Shown here: piece after piece, positions 28,558 to 36,872 of the stretch
Layout: every line of letters begins with the position of its first letter
Position numbering within the stretch: position 1 is the first letter of the stretch
Origin: a virus
Lineage: Duplodnaviria > Caudoviricetes
Length of the DNA: 64,000 nucleotides
Virus record (IMG/VR): IMGVR_UViG_3300022555_000043
Coordinates: 11,398 to 75,397 of that record
Direction: 5' to 3' (one strand)
Notes under the pieces: model-generated
Told to the model about the DNA's origin: nothing
What the model saw: the letters and a program-made list of their open reading frames with translations, nothing else
Database searches by the model: none
Position numbers and translations under genes: made by a program

Positions 28558-29346
28558 ATGATCTGCGAATGTTTCTACTTCTGGAACGAACTCGACCTCT
28601 TGGATGCCAAACTTCACGAACATAGTGGAGTAGTGGATCGGTTCGTCCTATTGGAATTCCCAACATCCTTACGGCATATCCCACAACGTCTGCAATATGA
28701 GGAGAACAAAGAAAGATTCAAAGAATTTCAAGACAAGATATTCCATATCGTAGGCCCAAACGATCATCCAGAATTGTACGGGCTGAATTTATTGTTCGCC
28801 AGACATAAGAATTATCTCACTGGATTGGCAGATTGCGCTCCCAATGACATCATCATCCTATCTTCTCCTGATGTGATATGGAAAGCCTCTACGCTGGAAC
28901 AATTGAAAACAATAGACATGGAAAATTCCAGTGTTCAATTCGTTGCCGATTGGTATAGTTACTACATGGATTTTTTCTGCACCGAAATTAAATATGATTT
29001 TGATGGGGCTTGTCTATACAAACATCTGAAATACCACAATTCAAACAATCGCCCCCTCATTCCTGTAGGAACCAGAATTACCGATGCGGGATGACATTTC
29101 TCCCATCTTGGTGGTGTGGATAAAATACTTGCTAATCTTCATGGGCACCCACACACGGAAATGGATAATGAGATAACCCGAGACAGGGCTACTATGATCA
29201 TGAAAATGGGACAAGGATTTGCTTGGGGAGCGAGTGGGGGATATAGAAAGGTAATGCAGTATGTACCTCGCAACCCACAAAACTATCCCGCTTACATCAA
29301 CGACCATCCCGAAATCTTCGGAAAATATTTCAGGAACAAGGAGTAG
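28558..29346 (+). pseudogene. GT17-family glycosyltransferase interrupted by one in-frame TGA (29092-29094); pseudogene, readthrough or sequence error
   Basis: N-terminal CFYFWNELDLL...VDRFVLLE; the frame continues DAG-TGA-HFSHLGG, matching the family GWHFS motif, and stays open to 29346. Confidence 0.75.
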
Positions 29347-29349
29347 ACA

Positions 29350-30729
29350 ATGAAGACTAAGGTTCTGTGCTGGCTTGATTCTCCCACCTGTGCAACAGGT
29401 TTCGGACAGGTCGCCAACAATGTCCTGAAGCGACTTTATGCCACGGGACTGTATGAATTCGACATCATAGGGATCAACCATGCGGGCGATCCTTACGACA
29501 CCACTCAGTACCCCTATCGCATCTTTCCCGCAGTTGCCCCTCTTTCTGGGGATGACAAGATGCGCACGGATGTGTATGGATTCCAAAAGATGCTGTTGTT
29601 CGCTGGTATGGGGCGCTACGATATCGTGTTCATCCTCAATGACACCTTCGTCATCAACGCTATTATAAAACCCCTTCTTGAAGCACAACAGAAGATGCCC
29701 AAGGACAAGAAATTCGAAATCATCACGTACTTCCCTGTCGATTCTCCTCTCAAGAAAGAATGGGTAGACAACGTGGTATCTTCCATTTCATTCCCGGTCA
29801 CTTACACCAACTACGCTTTCAAGGAATGCCTCAAACACGACCCCGGACTCAGCAAGAACCTCAAAGTCGTTTACCATGGAGTAGACAAAAACATTTTCTT
29901 CCCCATAGGAGAACCTGCCAAATTGAAGAGGGAAATCCTTGGGCCAGATCACTGCCAGAAATACGTTGTTCTCAATGTAAACCGCAACCAGCCCAGAAAA
30001 GACCTGCACAGGACATTTGCAGGCTTCAAGATTTTCCATGAAAAGTACCCCAACACCCTACTGTTCATTCTGGCACAATCGCAGGATGTGGGAGGCGATC
30101 TGATGGAAATTGCCAAGAGTTATGGCTTGGTTTGGGACAAAGATTGGGTTTGTCCTGCCCCGGGAAGCTATGGTGCCAACCAAGGCTATCCTATTGCAGT
30201 AGTCAATAAAATCTACAATGCTGCCGATGTCGTCATTTCCAGCACTCTGGGCGAAGGATGGGGACTGAGTATTTCCGAAGCCTTCGCTACCATCAAACCC
30301 GCTATTTTCCCCGACAACACCAGCCTCCATGAAATCATTGGGGAAAATTCGGAACGTGGTTGGTTCATCAAATCCGGGGAAGACCTCGACCATTTCACCT
30401 GCCTTGGATCGGCTGACAACAACCAAGTTCGCCCAACCATCAACGTCTTCTCTCTGGCCGATCAACTGGAATATGTATACACCCATCCTGAAGAAGCGCA
30501 GGCCAAAGCAGAGAGGGCGTATAGTGAAGTATGGGTTTGGGATGACCTGTGCAAGACTTGGGCCGAAATATTCGCTCAAGCCAGCAAGAAAGTAGTTACC
30601 ATGCGCTCGGACATCAAAGTTGAACGCAACGCCCCGTGTCCTTGTGGTTCGGGCGAGAAGTGGAAGCATTGCTGCGGAGCTTCCTACGTACGATCTGCCA
30701 CTGGGGAACTCAAAAAGATTGTAGATTAG
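29350..30729 (+). CDS. GT4-like (GT-B) glycosyltransferase with C-terminal SEC-C motif
   Basis: [21 protein letters not shown] and [10 protein letters not shown] motifs; [18 protein letters not shown]. Confidence 0.88.
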   Translation: MKTKVLCWLDSPTCATGFGQVANNVLKRLYATGLYEFDIIGINHAGDPYDTTQYPYRIFPAVAPLSGDDKMRTDVYGFQKMLLFAGMGRYDIVFILNDTFVINAIIKPLLEAQQKMPKDKKFEIITYFPVDSPLKKEWVDNVVSSISFPVTYTNYAFKECLKHDPGLSKNLKVVYHGVDKNIFFPIGEPAKLKREILGPDHCQKYVVLNVNRNQPRKDLHRTFAGFKIFHEKYPNTLLFILAQSQDVGGDLMEIAKSYGLVWDKDWVCPAPGSYGANQGYPIAVVNKIYNAADVVISSTLGEGWGLSISEAFATIKPAIFPDNTSLHEIIGENSERGWFIKSGEDLDHFTCLGSADNNQVRPTINVFSLADQLEYVYTHPEEAQAKAERAYSEVWVWDDLCKTWAEIFAQASKKVVTMRSDIKVERNAPCPCGSGEKWKHCCGASYVRSATGELKKIVD

Positions 30730-30730
30730 C

Positions 30731-30788
30731 TTGACTCAAATCAGAACATATGATATATTAAAGGCAGGTCGCAAGGCTTGCCTTTAAT
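30731..30788 (+). promoter_or_regulatory. sigma70-type promoter whose -10 overlaps a 14-bp hairpin
   Basis: TTGACT-N17-TATATT with extended TG; hairpin ATTAAAGGCAGGTC-GCAA-GGCTTGCCTTTAAT at 30757-30788. Confidence 0.65.
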
Positions 30789-30802
30789 ATCTAGGAGCTA
30801 AG

Positions 30803-32038
30803 ATGCTTAAAACCGTCGATATACAGAACTTCCAGAGCCACAAAAACACCCATCTGGATTTAACAAACGGTGTAAATAGCATCATTGGAATTTCGAACCA
30901 CGGGAAAACATCCATACTCAGGGCGATCAACTGGGTCATTACCAATCGTCCTTCGGGGGAAGCTTTCGTATCCAACTTCGTGCGCGATGAAAAAGGCAAC
31001 CAGAAAGAAGACTGCATTGTTACCTTGACCACCGATACTCATGTTGTATCCAGAGTGCGCGGTGCCAAGCGAAACCTCTACATCTTGGATGGCAAAGAAT
31101 TGGAAGCCATAGGAATGGCCGTTCCCCAAGAAATACAGGATGCTCTCAATTTCTCCACCGTGAACATCCAAGCCCAAATGGAAATGCCCTTCCTCTTAGC
31201 AAGCACTGCCGGAGAGGTCGCTCAGTTCTTCAATCGAATCGTCCACCTCGACACAATAGACACCTATCTTTCCGATATTGAAAGTAAGAAGCGGGCAACA
31301 AAAAGTGAGTTGGAATTAGCCCGCACCAATTTAAAAAGCACTGAAGATGATCTAGCCAAATATGATTGGGTAGATCGTGCGCAAGAACTTATGGCAAAAC
31401 TCAAAGATGCCAAAGAACGATCCACGGCTCTCTTCGCGCAATACGAACAACTGCGCCAATCCATCAAAGCATATCAGGAATACGCTGAAATCATTGAACA
31501 GTCTTCTGTGGTTGACAAAGCCATAACCATACTGGAACATGTAAAAGATTGCAAAACTCGACAGCAAACCTATCTCCAAGAATACCACATCCTTCACGAT
31601 TCCATTTCCTCATACAAAGAATTCGATAAGTTCCTACAATCCATTCAATTCATAGACAAGGCTGTACTCCTGTTGGGATCATTAGAAACCTTACAGAAAA
31701 GACGGGATGCTTTACGAACCACCGCAAATAATCTAGCCTCTCTTATGAATGATTTCATTCGCAACCAGAAAGACATTGAATCTGCCTCATGTGTGACATA
31801 TGCCGAAAAACTGATCAAAAAAATCAGTGGTTTGCAAGCCAATAAGGTAGGATTAAAGCTAATGCACAGTAATCTGTGGGCATCCATTGAAGAATACAAA
31901 CTCTACCAACAAACATTGGATGCTTTCGAAGGAGAATTCGCTGTATTGAAATCACAACTTCCTGCAACATGCCCTTCTTGTGGGCAACCCCTATCAGCAG
32001 ACTATCTCGCGGAACATGTAGGAGCTTCTCATGGATAA
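30803..32038 (+). CDS. SbcC/Rad50/gp46-like ATPase, N-terminal half
   Basis: IQNFQSH, Walker A GISNHGKT, Q-loop IQAQ, coiled coil, and CPSCGQ zinc hook at the C-terminus. Confidence 0.85.
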   Translation: MLKTVDIQNFQSHKNTHLDLTNGVNSIIGISNHGKTSILRAINWVITNRPSGEAFVSNFVRDEKGNQKEDCIVTLTTDTHVVSRVRGAKRNLYILDGKELEAIGMAVPQEIQDALNFSTVNIQAQMEMPFLLASTAGEVAQFFNRIVHLDTIDTYLSDIESKKRATKSELELARTNLKSTEDDLAKYDWVDRAQELMAKLKDAKERSTALFAQYEQLRQSIKAYQEYAEIIEQSSVVDKAITILEHVKDCKTRQQTYLQEYHILHDSISSYKEFDKFLQSIQFIDKAVLLLGSLETLQKRRDALRTTANNLASLMNDFIRNQKDIESASCVTYAEKLIKKISGLQANKVGLKLMHSNLWASIEEYKLYQQTLDAFEGEFAVLKSQLPATCPSCGQPLSADYLAEHVGASHG

Positions 32039-32918
32039 ATTCATCAATACGAGCGATTGGCATTTGCGGGAGGACAAACCCCTCTGCTTCATTGGTACAG
32101 ACCGCCAGTGGATGGAAGCGCAGGAAAACGCTATCAATTTCATTGTTGACGAAGCCAACTTCTATAATGCAGATATAATTCATAATGGGGATTTGTACAA
32201 CACTCCAAGAGTCGCCCCGGCAGTCAGCAATATGTTTCTAAGAACTGTCCAAAGGCTCAGGGGCAGGTTCTACATAATCGCAGGGAACCACTGTTTGCCG
32301 TGGCATAAGCAAGAAAACCTCATGGATAGTTCCATTGGGGCTTTATCCGCACAAACTACGGATACCAGCAAGATCGTTTACCTAACATGCCAAGAATCCA
32401 ACAATGCGGGTAGATTTGAACACAGTGTTGCACTCAATGACGAAATTCTTATTGTCCATACCTTAGCATTCCCAACCGCAGAAGATATTCCATTTGGTGC
32501 CAATGCTGTAACAGGTAAGAACTTGCTGGACAAATACAAGGAATACAATACTATTCTAGTTGGTGATTACCACGAAGCCTTCCAAGTTCATGAAGGAAGT
32601 CGCCACCTCATCAATCCCGGTTGTATGATGATTCAGGCAGCCGATATGATCAAATACCAACCGAGAATTGCTTATGTGGATTATGGTGCTGACCTGTTCA
32701 TGTGGATTGATATCCCCACTGATTATACATTGCTCTCAGACAACCACCTCGTACTGAAGGCAGAACGAGACAGCCGCATCAAAGCTTTCGTTGAAACCAT
32801 AAAGAAAAATGGAAAGTTGTCCTTGTCTTTTATCGACAATTTGGATAAATTCCTCTTGGAAGGAAATCTCGATCAGGATGTTCTGAACATCTTCATAGAA
32901 CTGAAAGGAGCAAACTAA
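32031..32918 (+). CDS. SbcD/Mre11/gp47-like nuclease
   Basis: SDWH, GDL, GNH, GDYH and NPG metallophosphoesterase motifs. Confidence 0.88.
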   Translation: MDKFINTSDWHLREDKPLCFIGTDRQWMEAQENAINFIVDEANFYNADIIHNGDLYNTPRVAPAVSNMFLRTVQRLRGRFYIIAGNHCLPWHKQENLMDSSIGALSAQTTDTSKIVYLTCQESNNAGRFEHSVALNDEILIVHTLAFPTAEDIPFGANAVTGKNLLDKYKEYNTILVGDYHEAFQVHEGSRHLINPGCMMIQAADMIKYQPRIAYVDYGADLFMWIDIPTDYTLLSDNHLVLKAERDSRIKAFVETIKKNGKLSLSFIDNLDKFLLEGNLDQDVLNIFIELKGAN

Positions 32919-33160
32919 TGGACGATAGAACACTGGCGAACATCACCAGCAAGGTAGAGCAACTCAAGCAGAAGAAAGCCCGGGCGGAAGGCGGAATGGA
33001 AACAGTCACCAAGGATTGGAAGGCCCGTTACGACCTCAATACCCTTGAGGAAGCCCAAGCGAAGGAAGTCTCGGTCAACGAACAAATGGTAGCCGTAGAT
33101 AAAGAGACGGAGGAGTATTTCGCAGAACTGGTTGGACTGGCTAACTGGAACTTGATATGA
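32918..33160 (+). CDS. coiled-coil protein, possibly the middle segment of the split SbcC
   Basis: 80-aa helical ORF coupled to both neighbours. Confidence 0.6.
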   Translation: MDDRTLANITSKVEQLKQKKARAEGGMETVTKDWKARYDLNTLEEAQAKEVSVNEQMVAVDKETEEYFAELVGLANWNLI

Positions 33161-33801
33161 ACATAGAACTCTACTCATCCATCCTCAACCAAGCCATAGG
33201 AAAGAAACATGCCTTGGAGGATGCCAAGACTAAGTTCACTACCTTGGTCGAACAACATCAACGCCGCAGTCTTGCCATAGAGAAAGCTCAGGTGATCATC
33301 CAGAACGTAGCGAAGGACACACAGCAGGCTTTGGTGTTCCAGATCAACGATGTAGTCAACACAGCCCTACAGACCTGCTTTCCTGATGAATACGAGTTCC
33401 ATGTCGAGTTTGAAATCAAACGCAACAAGGTGGAATCTCGATTAGTATTCACCAAGAACGGTTTTGAAATCAACCCTATGGATGCTTCTGGTGGCGGGGT
33501 AGTCGATGTAGCAGCTTTTGCTCTCAGGATAGCTGCATGGTCATTAGGAAGCACCGAAAACACCCTCATCATCGACGAAGGATTCCGTTTCCTTTCCAGA
33601 GACTTACAACCCAGAGCAGCCGATATTCTTTCGGAAATCAGTAAGGAATTGAATCTGCAGATCGTTCAAGTCAGCCACTCACCTGACATAATAGAAAAGA
33701 GTGACCGCATATTCACGGTCACCCTTGTCAAAGATATTTCCAAAGTGGAACTAAAAGCGGATCAAGCAAACTGGCTTAGGAATTCAATTCAGCCCACTTA
33801 G
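33157..33801 (+). CDS. SbcC/Rad50-like ATPase, C-terminal half
   Basis: Signature ASGGG, Walker B IIDEGF, H-loop VSH. Confidence 0.85.
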   Translation: MNIELYSSILNQAIGKKHALEDAKTKFTTLVEQHQRRSLAIEKAQVIIQNVAKDTQQALVFQINDVVNTALQTCFPDEYEFHVEFEIKRNKVESRLVFTKNGFEINPMDASGGGVVDVAAFALRIAAWSLGSTENTLIIDEGFRFLSRDLQPRAADILSEISKELNLQIVQVSHSPDIIEKSDRIFTVTLVKDISKVELKADQANWLRNSIQPT

Positions 33802-34054
33802 CTTGAATATAGGCTTTTTCAGCGGGGAAGTCATCAAATGACACGGGAGTAATTTTACCCCCATCTCCTATCCATTGACAGGGAAGTGCCAAACTAAAGT
33901 CAAAACTTGGATCAATAAGGCACCTCCATACACTCGTTTTAAGGATTTCACCATTTAAGACAAGTAACTTTTTAACAATCAAACTACCATTTATCGGAAC
34001 CTCAAACGGGTTAATCTGTATGACAGTATCCATAATGTGCTCCTTATACGTCAA
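33776..34054 (-). CDS. hypothetical protein downstream of the fibre gene
   Basis: 92-aa ORF overlapping the fibre stop. Confidence 0.55.
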   Translation of the reverse strand: MTYKEHIMDTVIQINPFEVPINGSLIVKKLLVLNGEILKTSVWRCLIDPSFDFSLALPCQWIGDGGKITPVSFDDFPAEKAYIQAKWAELNS

Positions 34055-35108
34055 ATTCTAGCGAAAACTCTATCCGTGATGTATCAATAAACTTAGCCTC
34101 TGTCATATTTATATGCCCTGTCGTACCTTGCACAAAAAAGTCTACTATAGAACTTACAGCTATACGTGCAAGTATAGCGCCACCTGTAACTAAACCAGTC
34201 ATTTGTTTGCCAGAGAAAATATCGAAGTATGTAAGTCCTTCACTACGCGAAGTAGCTGAAAATGAATTCCCAGTAATACTCACAGACCCAGTTCCAGCAC
34301 CCTTTGTCAGCGTTTCTATATAACCACTTATGTATACATGACGCCCATTTTTAGTGTAAGTTCCTATTTGGCTAGTATAGGCCGCTACTTCAGTGGCCCC
34401 AAACCACAATCTAGGTGTCCACGCCCCTTCTTCATAATCATCCATTGCATTGGGATCAGAAGAAGCTACTTGAGTGGCGGAGAAAGCAATAGCATCCACA
34501 TTCAAAGCAATTGCCCCACCCACACTCGCATATTTAGGTAGATATCCTGCCACTTTGTTACCAGTCGTTGCTGCACGCACAAGTGTCAATAACCTATCTC
34601 CGGTAGTTACCCCCGAAGCGGCTACTATATTATTTACATCTACAGAACCTGAAGCCGAAACACGTTTATATACACTACCATCAGCAATAGCATCAATACC
34701 AGATGCAACTATTGCAGTAACCTTTTCTGCCTCTGCAATTAAAGTTCGTTTGTATACTCCACCATTAGCAATAGCATCAATACCAGATGCAACTATTGCA
34801 GTAACCTTTTCTGCCTCTGCAATTAAAGTTCGTTTGTATACACTACCATTAGCAATAGCATCAATACCAGATGCAACTATTGCAGTAACCTTTTCTGCCT
34901 CTGCAATTAAAGTTCGTTTGTATACACTACCATTAGCAATAGCATCAATACCAGATGCAACCACCTGTTCAAGCTTCAACAGTTCATTATCAGTCGTCCC
35001 CAGTAAAGTCTGGATTTTATGGTTCGTATCTGCGCCAACAGCAGCACCAATATCATTAGCAGCACTTGCACCAGCCACACTAAGGTTGTTTACAATTATA
35101 TTACTCAT
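34044..35108 (-). CDS. putative tail fibre with 28-aa tandem repeats
   Basis: VASGIDAIANGSVYKRTLIAEAEKVTAI repeats; C-terminal DDYEEGAWTP...YTKNGRHVYI motif typical of fibre tip domains. Confidence 0.7.
   Translation of the reverse strand: MSNIIVNNLSVAGASAANDIGAAVGADTNHKIQTLLGTTDNELLKLEQVVASGIDAIANGSVYKRTLIAEAEKVTAIVASGIDAIANGSVYKRTLIAEAEKVTAIVASGIDAIANGGVYKRTLIAEAEKVTAIVASGIDAIADGSVYKRVSASGSVDVNNIVAASGVTTGDRLLTLVRAATTGNKVAGYLPKYASVGGAIALNVDAIAFSATQVASSDPNAMDDYEEGAWTPRLWFGATEVAAYTSQIGTYTKNGRHVYISGYIETLTKGAGTGSVSITGNSFSATSRSEGLTYFDIFSGKQMTGLVTGGAILARIAVSSIVDFFVQGTTGHINMTEAKFIDTSRIEFSLEFDV
34669..34960. repeat. 84-bp in-frame tandem repeat, about 3.5 near-identical copies
   Basis: Units start at 34669, 34753, 34837 and 34921. 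Confidence 0.95.
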
Positions 35109-35118
35109 ATTGCACCTC

Positions 35119-35640
35119 TCAGAAGAAGAATAAGTTCTTCCCAGTTATAGCATGATAAGCACGTTCCGCCACTAAAGTCAATACAACGCCCCGCCACACC
35201 CAAAGCTCAAGGTTTTTTTGCCCCAAGATCAATGCCGTATCTTTTTGCAAATTCTTCAAGTCGTTTGGTAAGGTTTGCATAGTCAACTGCATCGAGTCCA
35301 AGATTATTTTGGATTGTTCCGATATCGCCCGTACCTGCTGAAAGTCGCTTGTCAATCCCGGCAACGAGTCCCCTAAGTTTTGCAAAATCGGCATTATATT
35401 GCTCAAGTCGCTTGTCAATCCTGTCCATGTAAACAGTAGACTTGCCATAGTTGTCATTGAGTTGCCGTTGCGCTTCTGTAATTGCGCTAATGTCTGTGCG
35501 AATAACTGCAAAGTCTCGCTCAAGTAAGCGTCGTTCGACTGAACCATTAACGGAGAAGCCGATGCTGATTGCTGCGAGTACGCAGGCAGTGAGAGGCAAC
35601 CAACGAGCGCGAACAAAATCAAATATCTTTTTCCACACAA
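35119..35640 (-). CDS. putative lipoprotein/o-spanin-like protein
   Basis: TTG start; KR + hydrophobic stretch + LVGC lipobox; heptad-like body; hydrophobic C-terminus; lies in the lysis block. Confidence 0.5.
   Translation of the reverse strand: MCGKRYLILFALVGCLSLPAYSQQSASASPLMVQSNDAYLSETLQLFAQTLAQLQKRNGNSMTTMASLLFTWTGLTSDLSNIMPILQNLGDSLPGLTSDFQQVRAISEQSKIILDSMQLTMQTLPNDLKNLQKDTALILGQKNLELWVWRGVVLTLVAERAYHAITGKNLFFF
35207..35638 (-). CDS. putative i-spanin-like protein (N-terminal TM + coiled coil)
   Basis: GTG start 10 nt after AAGGAG; TM WLPLTACVLAAISIGFSV followed by a long helical region. Confidence 0.55.
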   Translation of the reverse strand: MWKKIFDFVRARWLPLTACVLAAISIGFSVNGSVERRLLERDFAVIRTDISAITEAQRQLNDNYGKSTVYMDRIDKRLEQYNADFAKLRGLVAGIDKRLSAGTGDIGTIQNNLGLDAVDYANLTKRLEEFAKRYGIDLGAKKP

Positions 35641-35900
35641 TCTTTCTTCTCCTTATCTTCAACCAAACCATGATTGAAGAATTTACCCTTGACACCGTTA
35701 TCCGCCACAGACAAACCTATGAAACCCACGGAGATTACCTGTATGGCAGTTATAATCTGAGGGGCTATCGCAGCTATCAATACATGCAACGTGGTATCGT
35801 CAAACAATAGTGTAACTATATATATAAGCAACAAAGTAATGAGGGAAAGCAAGAAAGCGTTCCCCTTAGTCACCATGAACGGCTTACCACCGACCTTCAT
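35619..35900 (-). CDS. putative holin
   Basis: 93 aa from ATG 35900; hydrophobic segments and a highly charged C-terminal tail EDKEKKDCVEKDI. Confidence 0.6.
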   Translation of the reverse strand: MKVGGKPFMVTKGNAFLLSLITLLLIYIVTLLFDDTTLHVLIAAIAPQIITAIQVISVGFIGLSVADNGVKGKFFNHGLVEDKEKKDCVEKDI

Positions 35901-35937
35901 ACAAACCCCCTTAAATATACGATGCGTAACATGCAAC

Positions 35938-36870
35938 CTACAAATAAACGAAAGCATACCCATAGACACTATGCCTACCATAACCATGTTTGGCAACACG
36001 ACAAATATATGTGGCAGGAATATGAAGCCTCCTACTAGCTTCCTGCAGGCCACATATGTCTTGTGATATTCCTGTTCGCAAATCTGTACAATGTATCCAT
36101 TTACTACGAGGGTTGTTTTCCCCTAACTTACCTTTCATGGGATTATTATCCCCTCGCTTAGAAGCACTCTTTTTTATCTGCCTTATAATACGTGGTTTCT
36201 TAGTCCCCGTACTACGGACAAACTGATCCTTCGATATATCAGGATAAGCCTTAGCCTTGGCGACATCTATAAGTCTTTGCATAGGCCACAGCACACCCTT
36301 TTTAGCTTCTGACAATTTTCTGCGGTGCTCGGGCGTATGTTTTATACCTGTACGTGATTTACTCAGAGCTGAATTACGCCGCAGTTTGGTTTCGTCCGTA
36401 GCAGTAGCCCACCATGATCTCATTGCGGCATTCAGGGTATTGACCACCAATTGCTTCTGTTCGGGGCTATACCTTTCCCATTGCTGTGAAGATTTGAAAG
36501 ATAACTTTTTGTTTATTGCTTGCCTTTCTTCTGGGGTTTTACCAGCGAAATTATTACCATTGGAACCCCCAGAAGCACAATTGTAACCATGCTTGTGGCA
36601 TAAAGCACCGTACTTTTCTATGTAGAAAACTTCTTTCTGGTTTAACTCTTCCCGCGAAAAGGCATAGTCACAAACTTCCCAACTAAAAGCATCCTCTCCG
36701 TATTTCCGAATAGCTCTATAGAGATGCAGATCATAACGTAAAGCCTTTGCATCTTTCAAATGCTGTCTTTTGCGTACATCAAGCCCCTGAATAGTTTGCC
36801 CCACATAGCGTTTACCATTAACCAAATTTGTAATGGCGTATATAATTCCATAAGGGGCACCAGTATTCAT
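35938..36870 (-). mobile_element. free-standing GIY-YIG homing endonuclease (NUMOD-type DNA-binding repeats)
   Basis: GIIYAITNLVNGKRYVGQT, conserved R, E and GYN; HTPEHRRKLSEAKKG (NUMOD3-like). Confidence 0.85.
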
Positions 36871-36872
36871 TT

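Noticed and set aside
17491-30729. Classical serotype-conversion (gtr/oac) cassette
   Set aside because: No GtrA flippase, membrane glucosyltransferase or acyltransferase is present.
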